Below are positions 13,961 through 27,539 of a stretch of DNA of 64,000 nucleotides, in pieces. A program made the translations under genes and the position numbers. The notes beneath the pieces are model-generated. The model made no database searches and was not told the origin of the DNA. It saw only the letters and a program-made list of their open reading frames with translations. Source of the stretch: the human T2T-CHM13v2.0 reference genome, Homo sapiens. The stretch lies in assembly GCF_009914755.1 (NCBI RefSeq), contig NC_060927.1; one strand, 5' to 3'. Within the stretch, counting starts at the first letter, position 1; each line of letters begins with the position of its first letter.

Positions 13961-14535
13961 ATGAAGAAATCAACCTGAGTCAATAGACTTGCTCTGTTAT
14001 ATATAAAAAATTTCCAAGTGTATGAGACTGCGGTCGTAAATTTATAATTAACTGGTGGTTCCTTGCAGTGATGGGTTTGGGCATGGGACCATGGCAGTGG
14101 GATCTGGGCCATGTTTAAGCAGCTATGCTTTATAATGAGGAGAGGGATTTTAATTGCCTGAGGAATATCTCAGAATGGAAGCTTGTATAAGAGTAACCAG
14201 GCACTGCCTTGTGGGAAAGGGATTTTAAAAAGGAATTATCTGCCAAAAGCATGAAACAAAGAAACTTGGGAGAGGAGAAGAGGTTGAATGGCATTTTTCA
14301 AATGAAATAAACTGCAATATAAGGGGAGAACAAAGTAATCCTGGCATCTTAGGAAAGGCCATAACATTTACAAAAATAAATTTTTATGTTTCCGTATTCT
14401 ATATTTATTATGGAAACTGTGAAGAGGATGGATTTCTTGCCTGGGTTGAAATAAGGGCAAACCACAATTAATATGGCAAATGAGAAGAAGGCTGTTATCT
14501 CTGCGGCTCTGGAAATTGCTCTTTAATCAACATAC

Positions 14536-14626
14536 AACTTCTCCATCAATTTTGTGACAAAAAAGTTCAGTGAACAGCATATGTTTTCACTTTTTCAGCT
14601 CTTCTTTTTCCTAACCCCTTTTCTAG
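14536..14626 (-). pseudogene. Pseudo-exon (91 nt)
   Basis: ctatttacag acceptor, TT|gtatgt donor; RKGVRKKKS*KSENICCSLNFFVTKLMEK; ends in phase 2, matching the 3624 exon. Confidence 0.5.
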
Positions 14627-14823
14627 CTGTAAATAGAGGTTAACATAATGATTCTCACACTACAGTTTTGGAACTATTTGGCTGTTTCTTGAACTTCTAA
14701 AAAGCTTAATTGTAGGAACAATTTGCTGCTGAAAGCAGCGTTTCAAAAATGTTAATTTTAATTTATTTAAAAAACTGCTTTTGAATATTTATAAAATTCA
14801 GAAAAGTATATATAAGAAAATAA

Positions 14824-15218
<395 letters not shown>

Positions 15219-15370
15219 TCCTCCTCTTACTACTTCTTCCTCATTCTTTCTTCTTTATTCCTCCTCCTCTTCTCCCTTCTCCCCTTCTTCCTTCCTCTTT
15301 CCTATTTTTTCTTTCCTTCCTCCTCCCCTTCTCCTCTCCTCTTTCTCTTCCTCCTCCTCCTTTCTCTATA
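15219..15370. repeat. CT-rich low-complexity tract
   Basis: Nearly pure pyrimidine (CCT/CTT)n. Confidence 0.85.
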
Positions 15371-16399
15371 TCATCATTACTTGATTTATTTTGTTAAAAT
15401 TATGTTTACAAGCATAAAGAATAACATGAAACAAAAATTAAAGTACTTACAAAGTCAAATGAAAAACAGAGACAATGAAATACGTTGTAAAACCGTATCC
15501 ACCACTACGAACATTAGGTAACTACCATTTCAGGTTTTACATCTAGAAGAAGGCTAAACACAGAGAATGATAGATAAGTAGATACAGAAAAAGAGATGTA
15601 ATGACTGCTATTATAATTTAGAAATGTTAAATTTGATTTTAAAATTTTATCGAAAACAATTTAAAATTGAGTAAACTTAATGAGCATCAAATAAATATTT
15701 CTTTATTACAAGAGACATTTCATAAAAGATTCCTTTAGGTTTACAAAAGAGATCATGAAATGTATTAGGTAGTCAGATTCCTATTTTTTGCCTGTGTTTG
15801 CCTACCATGTATAATTAGGACATAGGTATTTTCACAGATCTCCTCTTGTTTGCAAATGTGTTGTTTTTATTTTAAATACCTGAAAGATGTTTTCACTGGG
15901 TTCAATATTCTTGGCTTATGTTTGTTTCTCTGGAACCTGTGTGGATGTTGCTCTGTTGTCTTCTGGTGTTGAATCTAACCACAAATGTGTTAATAGTCAT
16001 CCTGCCTAAGATTTCTCCCTAATATGTTATTTGTTTGTTTCCCTTGCTGAATGCCTAAAGGATTATTTCTTCATCTGTGAGGGACTAACCAGTCTAGTTT
16101 TTGATGTGGAAGGTCTGTGTCAACTTTCATCATTTTCATCTCATACTATTGTTTTATTTTACTGTTGTTATGATGTGATTCTACAGAATTCATGTTTTTG
16201 TTAATTTGTCCTCTGTTGTGAACAATTATGAGTAATTTTTTGGTTAAGATTTTAATTTTTTTCTGAATTGGATTCATGTTTTTTATGTTCTGTTTCCTCT
16301 CCTTCTTTATTATTTTTTCTTTCCTCCCATTCCTTCGTTCCCTCTGATATATATTTGTGTTATCGCCAAGCTATTTCTTTTTATCTGGCTTATGCTTGG

Positions 16400-16840
16400 T
16401 GTATTAGTCTATTCTTGCATTCCTATACAGAAATACCTGAAACTAGTTAATTCATAAAGAAAAGAGGTTTAATTGGCTCATGGTTCTGGAGGCTGTGCAG
16501 TGAGCATAGCAGCTTCTGCTTTTGGGGAGGCCTCACGGAGCTTTCAATCATGGTGGAAGGCAAAGGGGGTGAGCCATCTTACATGGCAGGAGCAAGGGAG
16601 TGAGGCATCTCACATGGCAGGAGCAAGAGCGGGAGACAGAAGGTGCAACACACTTTTAAACAACCAGATCTCATGAGAACTCACTCACCATCATGAGAAC
16701 AGCACCAAGAGGATAGTGCTAAGCCATTCATGAGAAATTGCCCCCATGATCCAATCACTTCCCACTAAGCCTCACTGCCAACACTGGGGATTACAATTCA
16801 ACATGAGATTTGGGCAGGGACACAGATCCAAACCATATCA
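16400..16840 (-). mobile_element. MSTA/MSTB MaLR solo LTR
   Basis: tgtattagtc...aaagaaaagaggtttaattggctca...aaccatatca; TSD cttgg/cttag; small internal tandem duplication ~16575-16630. Confidence 0.88.
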
Positions 16841-17427
16841 CTTAGGTATTCTGTCCATGATTCATTTGCTCTTAAATAGAGTGAATGAAACCTGACTCTC
16901 CTAATATCTGACACTAATTTTTCTCTCCAAGCTAGAAGTGGGGTTGGGGATTGTGTATCTTAAGCACATTTCTGCAGATGTAGATGGGATTGTATGAGGG
17001 ATGTGAGGTGAGAGTGAATAAGGAAAACCCAGTTAAGGCTGTATGTTCCACTTTTGAGATTTTTCTAAAAGTCTTCAACCAAATTTTGTTCTGCCTGTAT
17101 GCAAGACAGATATTTCTTTCATGGTGGGACTACCTTTGGCTTTGAAACTTTCTCCAAGCTACTATGCAACCCTGGGCCCTTTAGTTGATTGAGTCATTTT
17201 TTTTTGTTATCTTCCTTGGGTTTATTTTCCGATTTCATTACTTTTCAATACAAAAAGGAAAAAGAAAATGGATGCCCACTCAGTTTACTTCATTCCAGAT
17301 TTTGGGAAGCATTGATAGTCAGTGGTCAAGGGATTTTGTTGACTCATTTTTTGTATGGAGCTCCCGGACAACGGGATCAGTGTTAGAAAGCAAGTGCTTT
17401 ATCTCCTGTTGCCACTACTATCTGATT

Positions 17428-17732
17428 TGTTTTTTTTTTTTTCTCTTTTTTGAGATGGAGTCTCGCTCTGTCGCCCGGGCTGGAGTGCAGTGGCGCAATC
17501 TCTGCTCACTGCAAGCTCTGCCTCCCGGGTTCACATCGTTCTCCTGCCTCAGCCTCCTGAGTAGCTGGGACTACAGGTGCCCACCACCACGCCCGGCTAA
17601 TTTTTTGTATTTTTAGTAGAGATGGGGTTTCACCATGTTAGCCAGGATGGTCTCGATCTCCTGACCTCATGATTCACCCACCTCGGCCTCCCAAAGTGCT
17701 GGGATTACAGGTGTGACCCACCGTGCCCGGCC
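17428..17732 (-). mobile_element. AluY
   Basis: ctgcaagctc diagnostics; TSD tctgatttgttttttt. Confidence 0.92.
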
Positions 17733-18188
17733 TTCTGATTTGTTTTTTATTTTATTTTCCTTTTCACAAGTTTTTCAAGCTTATTCTATTAAGTTATTCC
17801 ATTTTCCTTATTGTTAATATATTATTTTTCTCAAAGTGTAGTAGCTCATTTTTTGTGCATTGAGAATGACAATTTTGTGTTACACTTGCAGTCCCCAACC
17901 TTAATCTCAGGAACTAGAACTCCTTTATAAGGTTTTAAAAATATGTTTCTTTATTTCAGTCTTAAAAAGTAGTACAGCTTTATTTATATTTTCTGATTTC
18001 TGATAATCATTTTCAGAAAAATGATTAAAACTTCACCATTCAGGTAAAATCTGGAATGAAATGAAAATATTAAAAATGATTATTTCAACATGCAAATATG
18101 TTGCTTCATTCTCACTTGCTAGGCCATGGTAATTTTATTTATAGTTTTAATATATGAAGCGATTAAAGTTGTTCTCTTTGTTAGAGGT

Positions 18189-18627
18189 TGTCTTAATTTG
18201 GGTTGTCCCAGATGCAGAACGTGAGACAAGGATTTGTGTCTGGTAGTATATTTGGAAGGTAACCCCAGGTAAGGAAGAGGGCAAGTGGGCAGAGAAGAAA
18301 AGCATTAACAGTGCTTCATTTTCAAGCCAGATACATACATAAGAGCTAGAGAAGCTTTGGAAGCCACTCCTCACAGTTATTCCACCTGAGGAAGGAGGGA
18401 GCTGGGTTACTAATACTCTAAACATCTGCTAGTCATTGGTTGAGGGCTGTCTTGAGGTTGTTAATCCTGACATTTTTAGCCTGTTGTAGGGTCAGCAAAG
18501 CAGCCTTCATCTTGCCAGAGAAAAATCTCAGGCAAAGCAACATAGGTGCTGAAAGTTGGAAGATGAGCCAGTGAGCCCTGAATTAGTAATGGGAAGTTAC
18601 CATGGGCCCGACGGCATCTGCTCCAGA
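18189..18627 (-). mobile_element. LTR16-family ERVL LTR
   Basis: tgtcttaatttgggttgtcccagatgcagaacgtgagacaaggatttg...atttggaagg. Confidence 0.7.
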
Positions 18628-18899
18628 TAGATTGGTTTTCTGCCAGTTTGCTATCATGTGCTGTGGTGATATGGTAGCCAAATGAATACAAATTGTTTTT
18701 AAATTATATGTTAAAACCTGACAGGATACAATTGCTCAGGAAAGAATAAAATTCTTTTTTAATGCTCATAGAAATTCATGGTAGACCCAAGTACCTTGTA
18801 AGAAACTAGTAATTTATAAATAACAAGGTTTTACCTATTTTACTCAAGTATTTGGCTTAATGCATGCTTTGATTTCTCTCAAGTGACACTTGAAAACAC

Positions 18900-20740
<1,841 letters not shown>

Positions 20741-22392
20741 TGTTACAGGATCCTTGGGGTGTTGCTTTTCTCCCTGGGAAACTCTGCGGCTGCTGGTGCC
20801 TTTTTGGCTGAGTTTTGCTAGGGCCCACTGGGCTCATTCTGCCCACTTGGCCTGGCAGGCTGCACTCTGCTCACACTATCAGCCTGGATCCCATGCCTGC
20901 CGAGGGCGAGCCAGGTGTGGAGCAGTGAGGGGTATATGAATGAGTAGGCATGGGGTCCAGCCACTGTGCACAGTCAGGCATGCCAGCTGCTGCAGCAGGG
21001 CGGCTGCTCCAGATGTAGGAACAGGTCCCAGTCCTCTGAAGTTTGCAGCTGGACCAGGTCCACCACAAGCAGCTTACATGGCTGCCACCAGGGAACACAG
21101 TGGTGCCCAGAAGCTTGGAAACTCCTGGAACCACAGGGCTCCAAAGAGGGAGTCACAGCCTTGGCTTGGGGAGCTCCCAGGCCTGGGGTCCCCAAAGGGC
21201 CACAGCTCTTCTCTCATTTTCTTCACCTGCAACGTGGCAAGCAAGGGGTGTGTTTTAGCCCTGATAGTGTTATAGTTCTTTCAGCCCTGTTATTTGGCAG
21301 GTCCCAAGTTCTTGTCCTGTGTCCATGAGGAATGCAGCTCACTGACAAGTGGAGGGTGAACAAGTTGAAGAGGAGCTTTATTGATTGACAGAATAGCTCA
21401 GAGTAGGCCCTGGAAGGGGTAGCTCCTCTCTGGAGCCAGTCATTCTGATGTCTGCTGCTCTCAGCGGAGAGCAGGCCTGGAGTGGGTAGCTCCTCTCTAC
21501 GGCTGGTTGTCCTGACGTCTGCTCAGCTTTGGCTGAGCCCAAGGCTTTATGGGCCTCAGAGGGGAGGAAGTGTGCACCAGTTGGTCTGCGGGTGGCCATG
21601 GGCACATCCAGAAAAGGCACCACGAGTTCCCACTTCCATTGTGGGGGTAGCAGCCTGGTCCCCAGTCTTCAGGCCCTCTCTGACCTGAAGGTAGGACATC
21701 TCCAGGGACGCCCCTCCTTTTACCTGGGAGCCTGTCTGCCTCCCACTGCCATTCGTGGCACCCTGGCTGTAGGTACCAAGGGATACCTGCAGGCCAGTGC
21801 CAAGCTTCCCTCAGCCCGACACCAACTTGCTTCCTATGTTCATTGGTGCCCAAAGTCCCGAGGGGACTGAGATGGCAGGAGGCTGTCATATCAGCACTGC
21901 CCTGAGCATGTACACACCTGGCCAGGCTGTGACAGAGCCCCAGCTCAGCCTTGACTTTGCTCTGAGATTGAAGTGGGCACAAACAACAGGAAGAGCCGGG
22001 CAGTGGGAGCAGGTATTTCCAAGCCTGCAAGGGCAGGGGGGATTTCCTAGGTCCCCAAGAGTGCAGGTATGTGTGGGTCTGCAGCCACAACTTGGGCACC
22101 TGCAGCTGCACAGGGGCCCAGGTCTGCAGCCGTGGTTTGGGTGGCTGCAGCTGCACCCAGCAGGGCAGGGCTCCTGCCTGCTCCGTGGATCCAGGGGCCA
22201 TGATCCACTGCCACAACTTGGGTGGCTGCAGCTGCACCCAGGAAGCTCCCAACCCACTAATTTGGAAGGGGTGGGGATCCCACTTGCCCTCACTCCCCGC
22301 CGACTCCACAGAATGTGTAGCCTGGGCTGCACCTCCCTGCTGCAGCTGGTGTGATGGCAGCAGCCACTCCAGACAGGCCGCCGCTGCCATCA
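20741..22392 (-). mobile_element. MER52-type ERV1 solo LTR (~1.65 kb, GC-rich)
   Basis: Minus strand begins TGATGGCAGCGGCGGCCTGTCTGGAG and ends GATCCTGTAACA; TSD attt/atct; internal gctgcagctgcac repeats. Confidence 0.85.
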
Positions 22393-22645
22393 ATCTCTGT
22401 TATCTTTTCATAGCACTTTCCCTAATATACTGTAGCAATATGAAGAAAACAAGAGTAGATGTTATGAGATAAACAAAGAAAACCTAGTTCATGTGATCCA
22501 GGCAAGCGTGGATATTACCTATGAAAGCAGAGATACTGCAGGGGAAGAGTTTTTGACCAGGTGCTTCTAATCGCAGATTGAAGCAGATATACAGCACTTT
22601 AGGAATTATATATTTTAGGGAAAAGACCTTATGTAATATAGAATT

Positions 22646-22676
<31 letters not shown>

Positions 22677-22697
22677 TGTATGTGCGTGTGTGTATGT
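22646..22697. repeat. (TG)n microsatellite
   Basis: Direct observation. Confidence 0.95.
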
Positions 22698-23432
22698 CTT
22701 TACATATACATAAAATGAATTGAAACTATGGTGAAGATTTTTGTTGTTTTGGTTTCATTGGCCAGGTAGGAAAAGGAAAGGCAATTGGAGTCCAGGAAAA
22801 GCCAAATTACATATAAGAAAATCTTGATCCAAGTATGAATCAAATCAAGACCTGGAATAATTTGAAGCAAAGGAGTGTAAGAAAGTCAATATCTTTATCT
22901 TACCTTGATAAAAATGTCTATGTTAACTGAGGTTGAGGGAACAAAAATACAGCTGTAAGAATATTATTCAAAGTTATATTTAAAAAATGATAATAATACA
23001 CATATTGAACTTGGGAGGATGATTATTATGCATTTATACATCCTTTAATTTTAATTATATGTCTATATTACTATAATAAATATATTAATTTATGCACAGT
23101 ATAGAAAACCAATTGTTTGCTTTTTATGTTGCTTTATCCCTTATATGACACTTTATTTAAAAGCAATATTTTTCTATTATTAATGTTTTTGTGATGGAGG
23201 ATGGTTCCATTTACAATTGCTAAGAATTTTTCATTCATTTCATTATCAAAAGAAGAAAATAAATAAAAGATGACAGTTAAAAATCAAGGCAGATTCAAAC
23301 CCTAAAATTAATTCTTAAAAAGACTTAAGAGCAAGGGAAAATGAGCAAGAAATAATTTGCAACACATATGAATTCCCAAGCAGTCAATAAATCTGTTATA
23401 CTAGGCAATTCATTGTGAAATGTTTAACTTAT

Positions 23433-23551
23433 TTCAAGGAAAAGGAAACTTCAACAATTATTCTAATAGCAGATGACTTTCATTATCTAATTACAAATGC
23501 TCTTTGTTGCTGTCTTTAATCTATTTTCAAAAGTAATGTTTAGACTATTTC
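23433..23551 (-). pseudogene. Possible pseudo-exon
   Basis: catttttaatag acceptor; GNSLNITFENRLKTATKSICN*; donor-like ataagt. Confidence 0.3.
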
Positions 23552-24399
23552 CTATTAAAAATGGATTGTTTGAAAAATCTACACTGTACAATATATTTGC
23601 GTTTGCACAGTCAATTGTAGTTTTATGATGACAGCTTTTTATGTATCTGTAGTAAAATTTACAGTTTTATTTGAATGGCTGCATGATACACATTTGTAAT
23701 ATTAAGGAACACATATGTTAGCAATATAATGTGAAAAACTCTACAGAAATCTAACCTGTGCTTCATTACAGTATGCTGTCATTTAGGTTCTCTGTGACAT
23801 GCTTTGAGCTCTACAGCTTAACAGAGGTGTGGGAAACCTGGAGGGTCAAGGAAAAGGATTAAAAGATTGACAAGATAATGATTGGAAAGAGAAATTGGAA
23901 TTTAGTTGGCAAAAAAAAATTGAGAATAACTAGTCACTTCTGCTATTTTAACTGGGTGACCTTGTATAAATCACAATGGGGGCTTAGTTTCTCCATCCTT
24001 AAAATTAATGGACTATTTTAGAATATCTTTAAGATCACTTCCACATCTAAATTGTAAATTGTATAATTCTCAGGAAGACTAGCACAGAAAAGGTATTCTC
24101 TTAAAATAGCTTAAATTGAAGCAAGAGAAATTTAAACTAGATATCGTAAAGGAAAAAAAGTTAACTCAAGTTATATTCTTCTGAAAGAATATTCTTTTCT
24201 ATAGATTTAAAAAATAGGAAGCTAATTTGTGTGGAAAAAATATTTCTGTATTTGTATATTGGGAGAGAAAGGAAATAAATCTGTTTTAAAAAATTAACAA
24301 TCTTAAAAATCTAAGTTTTGAAAAACAAAAGTCAGCCGTACCTTTAGTCATGCTACCACTTGCTCTAACCACTCCTGACTCAACAACTTTTTCATCATC

Positions 24400-24800
24400 C
24401 TAAATATTATTTGTAGGCACCAACCCCTTCACAGGGCCTTTGCACATGCTGTTCCTTTGGGTTGGAATACTTTTCCATCCCCCTTTAAGTGTAATCATCA
24501 TAAAGATATCAGTTTAAACATCTTTCCCCCAAGGGCATTCCTTAAGTTTCCTCATCATGTCAAATGCCCTGTTAAGAACTCTTTTAGCACCAAAATATCT
24601 CCCTTACATAGGACATGTCAGAGATGAAATTTTCATTTTATTTGTCTATTTATTTGAATGTGGTCTGTTTCCTCCATCTCCTCTGTATAACTCCATGAGG
24701 GCAGGGACCAAGGAGGGTTTCATCGAGGATACAGTCCCAGTGTTCTGACACAGGTCTGGCACGTAGAAAGCATAAAATACACTTACGTTGAATGAAGGAA
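24400..24800 (+). mobile_element. L2 3' end
   Basis: agggcctttgcacatgctgttcc...ctccatgagggcagggac...ttgaatgaa. Confidence 0.8.
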
Positions 24801-24814
24801 TTAATATTCTTAAA

Positions 24815-25115
24815 CCCTTGTCCACATTCTAGCAAGTCCTGGACCTCTCTTCAATATCATTATTTCCTAGATTTAGAATTTTGAGGATCAACAAAGTTCT
24901 TTATACACTCATGATTTCTTCCTTCACTTTTACTCTCACATTATGGGTAATCCTTATCAATTCAAGAATGCTAATTCAAGAAATAGATTGTTAGGATAAT
25001 GAGATAATTGAAGAACAATGTCATGCACTATAAAAACAACCACACCATATTAACAAGGCATGGGCTCTAGGCTAAAATTTGACTTATTTGCTCTATCCCT
25101 TGTTCCTTGTTCTTG
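24815..25115 (-). pseudogene. Possible pair of pseudo-exons (25046-25115 and from 24970)
   Basis: Acceptors atacacaag and cttgaattag; purine-rich protein-like frames with stops. Confidence 0.3.
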
Positions 25116-25294
25116 CTTGTGTATAAAATAGGATTAAAAATGCAGTATTTGCTTTGTACATCATGCTGGATGATTTTATGTATAAAAATAAGATAATTCC
25201 CAATTTTGTTGTCACTCTGCTATCTATTAAACTGTGTATATTTATCAAAATATAGCCAGGAAAAGAAGCAACAAAGTATGAATAGTTATTGTTA

Positions 25295-25790
25295 TTGTAT
25301 GATTAGAGCTCTTTCTGTAATACAAGCAAAATCCAAGTAGGCTTAAGGAAAAAGAAACTGTTAGCTCATACAAACTGAAAATTTCAAAAGCAGTTCAGGC
25401 ACAACTGGATTAAAAGGCTTAAGTGTTGTCCTGAGCCCTTTGGCTTTACCTTTACTCTGCTTTCATTTTTGTTAGCTTTAGTCTCAGGTGGGATCACATG
25501 TGGTAGTCAAGATGGCTATACATGGCTATACATTTTTCTCAGTTTCTGCCTCGAATGTCCCAGTATCCATTGGTCTGTCCTCTCTCATATATTATTCCCT
25601 GAGCCAATCATTTTGACATTTGATTAGTTATGCCTGAGACAAAATCCCCCTTTTTTGACTAAATAGTAGGGTTAATCATATTCACATATGGACTGAATTG
25701 GGGGTACAGAAGGAAGGAAGTTAGAGGTTTTATTGGAAAAGAATGCACTCTTTGGGAGAAAGGGATACTAGAAAGGCAAAATAAAATATG
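25295..25790 (-). mobile_element. Old MLT1 (J/K-like) LTR
   Basis: ggcttaaggaaaaag...agctcatacaaactgaaa...cctgagccaatca. Confidence 0.65.
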
Positions 25791-26100
25791 TCTACCGCAA
25801 TATTTATCTTGGTACTGGGTTTACCTGTAATCTGTTATGCACTTCTTGCTTCTCTGTATTTTTCAATAATTCTACAATAGCCATGTATTGCATGAATAAT
25901 AACAAAAATACAAATGAGATACTGTACACAATAGTGTACTCTAAACTCTAGGGATCTATATAATGCAAGAGATTATTATGATTGACTGAATTTTTTTCAA
26001 ATAGTAGAAATAGGATAAGAAAAAGCATCAACCCAAACATCTTTAATCCCCAGCATTTTAGAATGATTGAGAATGTTCATGTAATTTTTAAAAAATGTGC

Positions 26101-26561
26101 CTGATCTAAGGAAATAGTTTGAAATATTTTTCTAGCATAAATCAGTTGTTGCTTCTAAAGGAAGATTTTGTCTATTTACTTTGAACGCCAGTCAATAACT
26201 GTGGCTCCTTATGAAAACTCAGCATCTATGTCTCTATGTACTTTATGGCTTACGAGAGTATTTTCTCATTTTTCCATTTTTGAATCATGTTCCATTATTT
26301 TATCTCTATCACTTCAGACCGTCAGTAAATTGGACCCATACATGGATCTTAGAGTTGATGGAGTCTCTTGCTAAAAAGTGGCTCACAGTGGTATCATTTG
26401 ACTTTCAACAGGGTTCCACAAGTGTGTTCTATTGAGCCAATCATACTGAGAGAAACAATCTAAATAATTGTCTTCAACTGAAACTTACCATGATGTTTGT
26501 TTTTTTTTCCTCGCCCCCTCATCTTTCACAGTTCTTCAAGTGAGTCAGCTATAGAAGGGTT
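26101..26561 (-). pseudogene. Large decayed pseudo-exon
   Basis: One dominant frame: VSVEDNYLDCFSQYDWLNRTHLWNPVESQMIPL*ATF*QETPSTLRSMYGSNLLTV*SDRDKIMEHDSKMEK*ENTLVSHKVHRDIDAEFS*... Confidence 0.5.
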
Positions 26562-26576
26562 CTGTGTATGATCAAT

Positions 26577-27400
26577 TCTCTTAGGTCAGGTTACCCAGGA
26601 AACAGAGTCTGAGGCAGAGATTTGCAGGCAGGAGGAGGTGTGCTGGGGAGTGCCCCTGAAACACCACCTACAAGGGAGTAATGAAGTAAGATTCCACAGA
26701 GGGAAAAATTACATTGTGATGTGGTTGGAACAAAGGCCATCAGCTGACCCTATAGGGAGCTATGGAGCTGCAATGACCCTTCAGAATTGTCCCAGATGGA
26801 GGCAATGCAGCTGCGCTTTTGTACTCCAACAGAAACCAGCATGGGCTGCCTCTGGGAAAGATGCCTAATGTGGGTGAGGCAGCTCCCTTTGAACCAGTGC
26901 CATTCTTTGTTGTTTTATTCTTTTTCCATTTTTCCTCAATCCAATTTCATGACCTCATTTTTTAAATTAATGTTTAATTTTTGTGAGTATGTAGTAGGTG
27001 TATGTATTTATGGGTACGTGAGATATTTTGATACAGGAATACAAGGCATAATAATCACATGAGGGTAAAGGGAGTATCTGTCCCCTCAAGCATTTATTCT
27101 TTGTCTTAAAAACAATCTAATTATACTTTTTTAGTTATTTGTAAATGTACAATTAAACTATTATTGGCTATAGTCACCCTGTTGTGCTATCAAATATTAA
27201 ACCTTATTCATTCTTTCTAACTATTTATTTTTGTAGCCATTAACCATCCCCACTTCCCTCCATCCCAGCCCACTACCCTTCCCAGCCTCTGGTAACCATC
27301 CTTCTACTTAATGAGTGCAATTTGTAAAGGGGACTCACCTGTAAGCCTTCAGCAGCCAACATTCCTGGTAAATGGAGAGATGAGTACTCTGTAAGCACAA
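26577..27400 (-). mobile_element. LTR33/LTR16-family ERVL LTR split by an L1MA 3' fragment (~26955-27310)
   Basis: ttaggtcaggttacccaggaaacagagtctgaggcagagatttgc; L1MA 3'UTR motifs gtgagatattttgatacagg, tatagtcaccctgttgtgctatc. Confidence 0.7.
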
Positions 27401-27539
27401 CACAGGTTTTGCTACATATATCTGTTGAATTTATAGTTCTATTTAGAAATTGAAATAAAAATAACATTTGAATAATCTGAATAATTAGGGCAAAAATCTA
27501 ATTAAAGGCTTTGCCATTTATATATAGCTATTAAAATTA

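Noticed and set aside
24840-24900. LRR-like LKILNLGNNDI
   Set aside because: Single occurrence in a low-confidence exon with no neighbouring repeats.
26328-26545. Plus-strand exon candidates (RPSVNWTHTW...; 8-nt cacag|TTCTTCAA|gtgagt)
   Set aside because: No plus-strand chain of partner exons; the pyrimidine tracts are explained by purine-rich minus-strand coding relics. An antisense lncRNA cannot be excluded.
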